Positions 11,277 through 22,899 of a stretch of 64,000 bases of DNA are shown here, piece after piece. The notes under the pieces are model-generated. The model had not been told where the DNA came from. It made no database searches and saw only the letters and a list, made by a program, of their open reading frames with translations. Position 1 is the first letter of the stretch. Each line of letters starts with the position of its first letter. Position numbers and translations under genes: made by a program. Source of the DNA: Dipteris shenzhenensis (Eukaryota); the NCBI GenBank assembly GCA_047967505.1, contig CM106538.1. The stretch is one strand, 5' to 3'.

Positions 11277-13075
11277 ACATGTGCAGATGTCTTTTTTGAA
11301 GGATGTTATAAACCACTAACGATAGGTCTCTTTTGGTGTGCATGGAGTAGAGTGCAATTGCAGATGTGAAATTTGTGGTTTAGGTGATAGATGCAACATA
11401 GGTGTGAAAACTTTCACAGGCACAACTATGCTTTGTGAATTTGTCCTTTGCCAAAAAGCAATCTATGCTAGCTACCATGCCCTTAAGTGCTTGATGGGAC
11501 AATGCTCTTCATGTGGAGCTGGAAAAATGGCATGTTTCCCAAGGGAGGAATCATTAAGTGCATGTACAGTGTCTATAAAGATACTTGAGGATGTCCAAGT
11601 TGGGACCATAGTTCATGGGAAAAAGAAAAACAGGAAAGTTCTTTCATTCAAAGAGATGTAATGCAGGGAGCTTTTGGTAATGTTTAAGGACCACTTGAAC
11701 AAGTTTATAAAGCATAACTTTGTCTACAGATGGTAGGTAGAGCAATTCAAGGAGTGTCTTGTTTGCTTCCCCGAAGAAGTGGTGGTATTTGTCATAGATT
11801 TTGTAGAAAACTACACTTTTAAAGAACAAAACGAGATCCAATCCATGCATTGGCACTCCAACCAAGTTACAATCTTTGTGCAAATTACGTATGTGTGTAT
11901 TGTAGGCATTGTCCACAAATACTATCACTTTTATGTATCTGATGATATTTCATGACACTCTTTTTGTTCAGCATTGCTTTATGCTCCATTATAAATGGCT
12001 AAAAGATCAAGCCATTTAGGTCAATGAACATTGGGTGTGGTCAGATGGAGCAGCCTCATAGTTCAAAGCAAAGAGGCCTTTTTACTTCATTGCTTGATAT
12101 GGCACAATGATAGGAATGAAAATTACACTTTTTTTTTTTGGTTCAAGACATGGAAAGGGTGAACATGATGGTGTAGGGACTGTTCTTAAAAGGCATCTCA
12201 CTTATGAGCAGCTAAAGCCAAATGGTACAAAGTTCCAATGTGCAAACAAAGTGGTGTTATTTATAAGAGAGACATTGTCTGAAGGGGCTGATGCCACATA
12301 TCCCTCAAAGGCTCGATCCATTACCCAAGTGTTTTGGGCCTGATGCCACATACACTCAAAGGCTTGCTTCATTACCCAAGATCCAATTCATGCATTGGCA
12401 CTCCAACCAAGTTACAATCTTTGTACAAATTACATATGTGCGTATCATCCACACAAATACTATCACTTTTATATATCCGATGATAGGATGCATGACACTC
12501 TTTTTGTTTAGCATTGCTTTATTCTCCATTATAAATGGCTGAAAGATCAAGGCATTCATATCAATGAACATTGGGTGTGGTTAGATGGAGCAGCCTCACA
12601 GTTCAAAGCAAAGAGGCCTTTTTACTTCGTTGCTCAATATGGCACAATGATAGGAATGAAAATAACACAATTTTTTTGGTTTAGGACATGGAAAGGGTGA
12701 ACATGATGGTGCAGGGGCTGGGTGCAGGGGCTGTTCTTCAAAGGCATCTCACTCATGAGCAGCTAAATCCAAATGGTGCAAAGCTCCAATGTGCAAAGGA
12801 AGTGGTGTTATTTCTAAGAAAGACATTGTCGGAAGGGGTTGGTGCCACATAACCCTCAAAGACTCGATCCATTACCTGAGTGTTTTGGGAAATCAAGGAA
12901 GGTGATGTGGACAGAAGCAGGAATTGGGATTGTAGAGCTGTGCCTAATTCATGTGAGTTGCATTATGTGTTGGGCTATTCTTTAACAAATGGAATAGATT
13001 TAAGGTGCATGAAATTTTAGTGTTTTTATAGTGCCTACATGCACGGAAAATGGAGGAGGTGTTTTAATACTGCAC
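11277..13075 (+). mobile_element. Decayed DDD-type DNA transposase, Sola(2)-like, with internal ~545 bp duplication
   Basis: Cys-rich N-part (ORF 11338) then DFVENYTFKEQNEIQSMHWHSNQVT, HDTLFVQHCF, WVWSDGAASQFK, HGKGEHDGVGTVLKR and a C-terminal Cys/His region. Many stops and frameshifts. 11834..12340 is duplicated at 12379..12890. Confidence 0.75.
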
Positions 13076-14734
13076 TAACCTCATTAAGGCTGAGACACTT
13101 GTATCGAGCCACCCATACTTTGCTTGCAAATTCAAGATTGAGAGACAAGCCCATAGTTTTGGCATCCTAGCACCCTCATACAACTATGTTGATTGCAACT
13201 CTTGCACCACGGCCTCAGACTTAGACATCACATGTACACATGATGTAGTGCCCTAAAAATAGAATCCATCATGTCCACCATAACCTCGTCATCATCTGGC
13301 ACATCCGCGAGACTACCCTCCTACTCAAAGTGTGAAGGTATGCATGCTCCCTCACCACACTCTATGGAATAAGGATTTGGAACGAGACCATTAAAGCATT
13401 ACAAGTGCTATGTTTCATGTGAAGCATGCAACCTAAAGACTATAGGATATAGCAATTTATTCAAAAACATCAAAATTTTGTTCTATACATACATGTAATC
13501 AAGTAATCATTCTAAAGCACAATACGTGAGCTTCTCCTCAACCCAAGGACACACCTAAATGAGATCATTATGCATGGGTTAATTGGCCTCCAATGTTGTG
13601 CTAAAGTGATGCATACCCATTTGAGGGCACGCTCCATAACTTTTCTTTGATTTGTTGATGGTATTGGTATCTAGATTCACCCTAAAATGGAAGGAGTTGG
13701 AAAAGTGCAATTTTTGCATGTGAAAATATATTTTAATAAATCCAACACTATTTACAATTTTGAATTGTTTCTTTTTCCATGCAGTTGCTTTCTATATGGC
13801 TCATAAGCATGCCAAAGGTCATTGCATTTCATAATACGTAGCACTAAACCCGATAGTGTGCCCTTTGTCCTATTTGTGTTTTCAAGCATTTTAGGCCATG
13901 TTGCACTTGTTTGGGATATCCAATAACACTGGAGGGGGGAAAACCGATGGCTGAAATTTCAATACTCCTGTGAATATTGAATTTTCACACCTCTCGCCCA
14001 TCAAATCTTGGAAGATTGAGTACCTGCAACCTACCCCCACCCTGCAAATGCCCTACACCCTGCACGCACCTCGACGTGACCTTGCGGAGACTTTGGTTTG
14101 CCATTGTCTTCTTTCAGGTAAGTTGTCTTCTATTCTTCGCTTGCCTCACAACTAGCTTCCCTCTGTTTTGGTTTGGCATTGTTGTCTTTCATTGATCATC
14201 GCCGTGGTAACATGTAGCTTGCCATGGCTTACAAGAGAAGCAAATAGAGGCTGTGAGATAGAAAAGATGAAAAGCTTGGTCATGGCACAAGGAACAAAAG
14301 AGTCCTTGCAGAGCAGGAGAGCAGGAAGCAATTATTACAGATGCACGCATTCGATCATTGCCATCAGAGCAAAGAAAATGAGTTGTGATGTCATGATTGG
14401 TGGTAGCATTCAAGGAAGCAACATCAGGCCATTCAGGTAAATACCCTTCTCAAGTCCACAAGCTTTAGCCTACACTCTAAATTTCATAGAGTGACAACCC
14501 TACCAACACCTTGTATTTTTGTGCCAAAACGTCACCACTATTGCAATGACTTATGCACTTAGTCTATCTCTCCTTTTCTTGTGTTCTATTGAAGCCCATA
14601 GACTACTCAGATTGGGATGATCAGGCATTGCTTTCACTCTTCGTGCATCTCTCGAGAATTTCTCCAAATAACAAGGACATCTGTAGAAAGTAGATGGGAT
14701 ACAAGATGTTTGACGAGCACATCATACACATGCT

Positions 14735-15243
14735 TGATACAACGCAGGTTAGTGGTTGCCTAAACCAGCTCGATGGTTGCTTGTGATTGAGCTTTGGGAT
14801 AGTTTACTTGTTTCATTTCTTGATACAACATAGGTCAGTGGTTGCCTAAACTAGCCCGATGGTTGATTGTGATTTAGCTTTGGGATAGTTTACTAGGCTG
14901 TCCTGGACTTAATGTGATTGTTCTAAACTAGCCCAGTGGTTGTAATATCATGCAACCGTATGGTTGGTTCGGCTCAAACACCAAAACTAGGCCTGGCTTG
15001 CACTTAATGTGATTGTCCTAAACCAGCTCAATGGTTGGAACATCATGCAATCATGGTAGGGTCAGCTCAAACACCAGTTATGTGATTGTCTAAACCAGCC
15101 CAATGGATGGAATATCATGCAACTGTGTGGCTGGTTCATCTCAAACACCAGAGCTAGGCTAGCTTGGACTTAATGTGATTGTCCTAAACTAGCTCGGTGG
15201 TTGGAACATCATGCAATCATGATTGGGTCAGCTCAAACACCAG
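14735..15243. repeat. Tandem array of ~70-100 bp units
   Basis: Recurrent GTGATTGTCCTAAACCAGCTC..TGGTTGGAACATCATGCAA..GCTCAAACACCA (4x), preceded by two related TGATACAAC..GGTTGCCTAAAC units. Confidence 0.8.
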
Positions 15244-15248
15244 TTAGC

Positions 15249-17146
15249 TAGAGGAGGTAGACAGTGGCAATGAAATACATTTTTGTTGGTTTAGGATTAC
15301 CTGCAACCCCCACAAAATATAACCTTTAGTAAATCCCAAACAACCACCGTGTTTGTTTCAATAAATCCCAATCAATAAATCCCAAACAAGGGAAAATGTA
15401 AATCCCAAATAGTATACTAATCCCAAACAACCACCAAGCTTGTTTTAGTGACAATGACTGTGCATGAGGGACCATGTAATTCATAGGTTCAGATTAGCAT
15501 CATTCGGTCAGAATCAAACTGTAAAAACAATGACTATGCATGAGGGACCATCTAATTCATAGGCTCAAATTAGCATTGAACTAGAATTAGACTATAATAA
15601 TAATGACTTTGCATCTAGTTCACAAGCTTAGATTAGCATTCAGTTGATTTATCAAGCTGTAATAACAATAGCTTAGAATGAGAACTAGCATTAAGTTGAG
15701 ATAAACTATAAGAACACATCACACAATTAGAATTATCATCTAATCGCATGTCATGAGTGAAGAAGTCATAAGAAAATAGAACCTTCAAATCCTACTAAAT
15801 GCAACATTTTCAAATTATAAGGTCCAACTGAGTGAAGCAATCGTATCCAAGGATGTATAAATGGCAAATTATTGCTTTAAAACTCAAGTTATATAAAAAA
15901 ACAAAATGTATAGTCAGCCCCTAAGGTTATATACCCAAGTAGTATACAACCAATTTTTACTCTTCTACATTTTGAAAAGAGACCACCATTGTATCTAAGT
16001 ATGGATAAATACAAAGACAATTTACTTTTTTTTTTTTCAAAGAAGACAATTTACTAAACTCAAGTTTTATTGAAAAATAGACTATATTAGAGGGGTGGTC
16101 AAAAGTCCCGGGTAATATATATCCAAGATTACAAGAGAAAAATTCTGAGATCTTTGAAGGACTTTATATTACGCAAGGATTCTAGGACGTAGGCTTGACA
16201 CTTCGCATAGTGGGAGCCTTCAGCAACATACTTCGCAAACTGCGGGTTCTTATAGTATCGAATGCCTTCCCACAGTTCCTCATGCAATATGACCATCTTG
16301 TGAATGACACTCTTGGGAACTCTATGTTCCTCCTCCAAGCGATCAATCTCATCTACGACAATCTCGGGTTGTCGAGGGACCCCTTGCGAAAATATCTTCA
16401 TCAAGCTTAGGATAAGCAGCAGGAAAAATGTCATTGCCTCTGTGGCTTTCCATCTCTGCTCCTCCACTATTCCTTCACTCGAGACTTGTCGGGTTTTTAA
16501 ACTAGTTTCCTCTCCTGCTATCCAAGATGTAATTGTTCACATATTCTAATCTGTCAAATCAAGTCATCTTGACATGCTCAACGATGTAATCTAGTGAGAT
16601 ATTTGCCATCCTTGAAGACCCTTGTACCGATAGATTCCCCACACATTACATTGATGAATATGACAGATTAGTTGTATGATAGTTAAGGCTATAGGAGGTA
16701 GGCACTGGTTAGAGGAGGTAGATACTGGCAACGAAATGTATTTTTGTCAGTTTAGGATTAACTGCAACCCCCACAAAATATAATCTTTAGTAAATCCCAA
16801 TCAACCACCGTGCTTGTTTCAATGAATCCCAATCAATAAATCCCAAACAAGGGAAAATATAAATCCCAAATAGTATACTAATCCCAAACAGCCACCAAGC
16901 TTGTTTTAGTGACAATGATCGTGCATGAGGGACTGACTAATTCATAGGTTCAGATTAGCATTCAATCAGAATCAGACTATAATAACAATGATTGTGCATG
17001 AGGGACCATCTAATTCACAAGCTCATATTAGCATTGAGCCAAAATCAGACTATAATAACAATGACTTTGCATGGCGGACCATTGAGTTCACAAGCTTAGT
17101 TTCAATCGGTGTATCAGGCTGTAATAACAATAGTTTAGAATGAGAA
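15249..17146. repeat. Pair of diverged ~440 bp direct repeats (15249..15686; 16710..17146) with internal ~70 bp subrepeats
   Basis: Both begin TAGAGGAGGTAGA..TGGCAA and end TAGAATGAGAAC; internal ACAATGACT.TGCATGAGGGACCAT..AGATTAGCATT repeats. Confidence 0.85.
16060..16655 (-). mobile_element. Probable 3' terminal fragment of a LINE-like element
   Basis: Decayed frame CNVWESIGTRVF... leads into ORF 16467..16129, followed by an AT-rich tail with AATAAA. Resemblance to LINE ORF2 C-termini is weak. Confidence 0.3.
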
Positions 17147-17473
17147 CCATTATTGTTATTGTAGCCTGATGAACCAACTCAATGCTAATCTGATGTCTTG
17201 TTTTGATCTTTCCTTCTTTAGTTGACTATAAACAATGACTTTGCATGAGGGGCGATCTAGTTCACAGGCTACCTAGATTAGCATTTTTCGATAACTGAGA
17301 AATTCTCCCATGGCAACCATCTAATCACATCATGGCTAGACGATGATGTATATAACTTCCTACGCTAGGTTGGGCTACCAGCAAAGTTGGGTTTATGTGC
17401 CACCGCTCCTCCCCCCTCATCCCATTGAATTATTATGATCTTGGCTCCGATGATCGAGAAATTCTCCCATGGC

Positions 17474-20408
17474 TGAGAGTGCTCTCAACGGAAGCAAGAA
17501 CGGAAGAAGGAGAGAGAGAGACAAAGAGCCACATAAGTTTTGGTGGGTGCAGAACCACCCTAATCTTCTTTTTCATTCATTTATATATGTGTTTGAGTAT
17601 TTACATAACTGGGGTAAAGGCACAGTGACCTTTAACCCCCACAACCTCCCACTTAAAGGACAATGTGCCTTTAAGGGAGAACAACTAGTGAGCATACTAT
17701 CCAATGCCCATCAATACACGACAATACTCAAACCGCTAACTAGGTAGACTCTTCGTCAGCATATCTACAGGGTTATCATCTATATGAACCTTGACAAGCT
17801 CTATGCGCTTGTCCTCAAGTACCTCCCTGCTGATGAAATAGTACCTGACCTCAATGTGTTTGGTCTTTGCATGAAAGACCGGATTCCGTGCTAGCTGAAT
17901 AGCACTCATGGAATCACTATGCAATGTCGGTACACCTGTATGAATCCCAAATCTCCCACTAGCCGATCAAGCCATATAGCCTCCTTGCAACCCTCTATGG
18001 CTGCAACATACTCAGCCTCTGTGGTAGACAAAGCAATGCACTTCTGTGCGTGAGACATCCACGACACTGCACCACCTGCAAAGGTGAACACATAACCAGA
18101 AGTGGATCTCCTACTATCCACATGCCCTGCATAGTCTGAATCTGCGTACCCAAGTACACGCATGTCTCCTTTACCAAAGCAGATGCAAATCTACTTGGTA
18201 CCCTTCATGTACCTCATGATGCACTTAACTGCCTCCCAATGCCTCTTTTCTGGATTAGCCATATACCGCCTAACAACTCCCACTGCAAATGCAATGTCTG
18301 CTCTACTAGCTATCATAGCATACATAAGACTCCCAACCGCTGATGCATAAGGAACCTTGGCCATCATGGCCCTTTCCTCATCTAATTTGGGACTATCTGT
18401 ATGACTCAGTTTCATATATGGAGGCAATGGAGTACTCATTGCTTTCCCCCCCTCCATATTGAAACACTGTAATACTTTTGTAACATACTCTTTTTGTGAA
18501 AGCCAAAGGAGTTTCCTACTCCGATCACGCGTGATGCGCATACCAAGAATATGACCTGCAAGTCCCAAATCCTTCATATCAAAGGCCTCATGCAACTTGG
18601 CCTTTAATGCATCTAGCTCATAAGTATTCTTGCTAGCCAATAGCATATCATCCACATATAGTGCCAAGATTATCAGGCTATTATCCTTAGCCCTTTTAGT
18701 GTAGAGGCAGTGATCAATTTCACTCCTTCTAAAACCCTGGGACCAAATGAAAGCATCAAACTTCTGATACCATTCTCTAGGCACTTGCTTAAGACCATAG
18801 AGACTCTTCTTCAGCTTGCAAACTAAATGCTCTTTGCCCTTTTCTTCAAAGCCTTCCGGTTGCACCATGTAAATTTCCTCATGCAAATCCTTATGCAAGA
18901 AAGCTGTCTTGACATCCATCTGCATAAGCTCCATATCCTCTACTGCCACTAGTCCAAGCATGCATCTAAGTGTGGTCATCTTCACAACTGGAGAGAATAT
19001 CTCATCAAAGTCCACACCCTTCTCTTGCTTGAAACCTTTAGCAAACAAACGGGCCTTGTACCTAGGCACATCATCACCTGTGACCTTCATTTTGTAGACC
19101 CATTTACATGGCAATGCTTTCTTTCCATGTGGCAAGGAAACCAAGTCCCAAGTCTTATTCTTCATAAGTGAACTCATCTTTGATTCCATAGCATACTCCC
19201 ACTTGTGTTGATCCTCACGCATCATAGCCTCTCTGTAGCAAGAAGGCTCCCCGCAATCAGTAAGCATCACATAGTCTACCCCTCGAACAAACTTATCAGG
19301 CGGTCTAGACACTCTAGATGATCTTCTCAAGGGCATTTCAGCTTGCTGTCCCACTTGCATATCAGCCACATTTGGCTCATCATTTCCACCAATAGATGAT
19401 CCATCATCTACCCTTGATTGTATACCTGTGGGAGTACTTGGTGGTACCATTTCTTGCACATTTGGTGCATGGACAGCTTGCTGTCTATCAACATATGCAG
19501 GTGGATTCACATCCTGGAAAGTGATTCTCCTCATTTCCACATCCCTCATGGGTGCCTTATGCATCTTCTTCTCATTGAAGACTACATCATGGCTGCGTAT
19601 GATCTTCTTTGCTTCTAGATCCCAGAGATGATAGCCCATCTCTCCACTTTCACCATAACCCAGAAAGATGCATTTCCTAGACTTAGGATCTAGCTTCTTT
19701 CGAAGCTCTTTTAGCACATGTGCATATGCCTCACACCCAAATATATGCAAATAAGAGTAAGAGGGCTTCTTGCCACTCCATGCCTCTTCAGGAATACCAC
19801 CATCCAAACTCTTACTAGGTGATCTATTGATCACATGCACTGTAGTCTTCATTGCCTCATCCCAAAAACCACCAGAAAGACTTGCATTGGAAAGCATGCA
19901 TTGCAACCTTTCTTGAATGGTACGTTTCATCTTTTCTGCAATTGGATATTGCTTTGGAGTACGACGGGATGTGAGCTCCCTCTTAATCCCACGTGTATCA
20001 CAGAAATGCTGAAAGTCATGAGAGAGATACTCTCCACCATTGTCAGTCCGTAGGCATTTAAGCATTCTACCTGACTGATTCTCAACCAAGGCCAACCATT
20101 TCTGAAATACCTGGAACACATTACTCTTCCGAGCTATAGCATAAGCCCACACTTTCTTAGTTGCATCATCAATGAATGTCACATAGTATTCAGCCCTGCC
20201 TAATGACCGTGTAGGCATGGGACCACATACGTCTGAATACACCAAATCAAGCTTTTCAAACTCTTTCTTTCCCCTTCTTTTATGGGCTGATTTAGTATGC
20301 TTCCCATAGAGACAGTGCTCACAAAATTCAAAATCAGAGAAACTCAAATGCGGTACATAACCCAAATGGCATAAGGGTTTCATTCCATTCTAGCTCATGT
20401 GCCCCATG
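17474..20408 (-). mobile_element. Ty1/Copia LTR retrotransposon, 5'-truncated (INT-RT-RNaseH, PPT, 3' LTR)
   Basis: GHMS..CEHCLYGK; integrase (SDVCGP, FIDD, LRTDNGGEY); RT (YKARL, QMDVKTAFL, LKKSLYGLKQ, LYVDDML); RNaseH (GYADSDYAG, STTEAEY, KTKHIEVRY). PPT-like AAGTGGGAGGT then a TG LTR start at 17643. Frameshifts after 18191. Confidence 0.95.
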
Positions 20409-20464
20409 ACAATACTTTGCACGCACCTCAACATAGTTGAAACAGACTTGCATGCAAAGTGGAG

Positions 20465-22450
20465 CCCCCATCCGATAAGTACTTGAGAGATAACCTCTTG
20501 TCCCTTAGCCAATTGGCTAAGATTCCCCATCTAGAAGGGTCAGTCAATCCACACACATTGAGTGTGAGAAATGTTAAAGTATTACTTAAAATGCTTCTTT
20601 TGCCCCTTCTTTTCCCTGGGATTAGGGCTCTTGTTAGAGGCAATGGAGTCCTTGGCTACAAAAAGACGATGCTTATTTTGTATTATAGTAGATGTCTTGA
20701 CTGTCTCTTTAACATCTTTTTCTATATGGTTTTGATCTTGCATCTCCTCCTCAAATTCATCAATATCTATTAGCACATCATCACTCTTTAGGATCTCATT
20801 CTCAAACTCCTTAGATATCACCTCCTCCACCTCAACTTTAGGTATCTTCATGTCTTCTTCCATCTCTATCAGTGCCTCATAGGGGTTAGCAACCAGAAGA
20901 GAGGCTAACTTAACTTCATTGAGCTGGGAGGGCTCACCAATGGCCAAGTTCGAGTGTGGAGGAGAAGGAGGAGAGGGGTCAGAAGGGGGGAGGGCTGACT
21001 TTTGGGAATTCAGTTTTCTTTGGCTAGTGATGTCGAAGGTAGAGAAGGGGCTTTAGTCTTAACCCTCCTAAGGGGACAACTCTTGACTATATGACTAGAA
21101 ATTCCACATACAAAACAAGAATTAGGCAGATTCTCATACACTAGATCCTACTCTTGTACAACCTCACCTCTCTGATTGAGCAAAACTAGCATGTTAGGAA
21201 GCTCTTCTATGAGGTCTCCCTACATGCACATCTAGGGATTGCCTTTGGGGTTGGTAAGATATTCACGTTCAACAATGATTACTTCACCTAAAGCTCCACA
21301 AAGCTAAGAAGCTTGATTGCAAAAGGGAGAGAAGAAAGTCTAGTAGCTCTATCCATACTGGGAGCCTTGTAAGTCTGGGACTATCTAGGTTGAAGAAAGG
21401 CAACCACCTCTTTGTGTATAATGGTTGATTTCTAATTGTCCAAAGACCTTGTTGGAGAGCTCAATCAACCATATCAGGATGCTAAAAAAAGAAAAGCAAA
21501 ATATCCTCTCCTAAGGATCTAATTGTTATGGAACCAGTTCTCAAGGTAAGAGGCCCGAGGGAATGGACATGCAAGTACCCAACCAGTGTGTGCTCATGCA
21601 GATAATCCTCAGCATCCTCAAGACATTCCTCATCAATGTATCTCAATACTGTCTTACATGTTCTATTAGGAGTCTATGAGATTGGAGGTTCGTGGCCCGT
21701 TTCGGGAACTGCATGTGGAGCTTTATAGGCTCCTTTCCTCCTTCTGGATGCTTGGGGTCAACGGTCCATCTATTCGACTCTACTGGCGATGAGCCATTCA
21801 TTTTGGCTTGCTGGTCAAGCCCTGTACTTTCTCTAGTTTGAGATTTTCCAAAACTGGCCTGTGTCAAGGGATGTTGAAGAAGCCACCCTTGCTCTATTGT
21901 AGCACCCTCACATAAGAGGTGAGAGATTTAGTATTTCATCGCACTTTGCCTGGAATTCTTCCTCGAGAGATCTCATCATTATCACTGGTGCATTAAGCAA
22001 ACTGCCCTACGAAGCCACCTCCTCGAGTGTGGATGAAAGAGGGTATGGCTCCTCTGTCGGGGCCACTAGGGGCAAACTCTCTTGTTTGACATCCACTTCC
22101 TCCTTGGGCACCAACAAGGGGGCTGAAGGGCCATGCTTGTTTCTGGCACCAGCGGACAAAGTTGACAGGGTCCCATCACATTTGTTGAGAGGGTCGTCTA
22201 AAGGTGGGAAGACAGAAGAGAATCTAAGATATTGGGCTCCTCCAGTTGGAGGAATACAAAAGCTATCATTTCCAAGAGTGCCTATCACATCATCTTCTCC
22301 AAATACTGAATTTTCTCAAACCGATGCATGCATACCACTTGGGGTATTGTGAAGTGGGAGTGGAGAAGTCCCCTCATTGAATCTAAGATCGTAAGGAGGA
22401 GACGAGGGCAGTGCATGGCAAGTGACCCATGTCACCATCTCCATCCTCTG
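20465..22450 (-). mobile_element. L1-type LINE, 3'-truncated: decayed ORF1 plus start of ORF2 endonuclease
   Basis: ORF1 motifs RWLPFF..LPVWIEL (~21345-21410) and zinc knuckle YENLPNSCFVCGISSHIVKSCP (~21072-21138). APE start LTLNVCGL at ~20570. The 5' boundary is approximate. Confidence 0.85.
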
Positions 22451-22899
22451 TCTCCATCACTCTTGTGCACCAATAGTTGCTTTATTCATAACTTTATTAT
22501 TTTGATCATTAAGTCATCCCGTATTCATAGAATATTCACCAATCACCCCATATTCACTGAACTAAAACTCAAATAATTGATACAAGGGGCAACATTTGTT
22601 CTTGGCTAAAGTAAGGGGGAAATCCTAAAATTAAGCACCTTTAAAGTTATGTGACATCCACATAATCCCCAAAACAGGTCACAACATTGGAAATTTTTAA
22701 TTGGATCCTAAAAATACCCACCATGTGGAATAAACAATAACCCAATGCATTTTGCATTATAACGTAGCGCACACTGAATTATTAACCCAATGCACACTAG
22801 GATAGTAACCCAACACATGTTGGATTATCTAGTTGACTAGAAATGGCACTATTTGACTTGATTGAGAGGGCTTGCCTATGTGTTCACTTGCACTAATTT

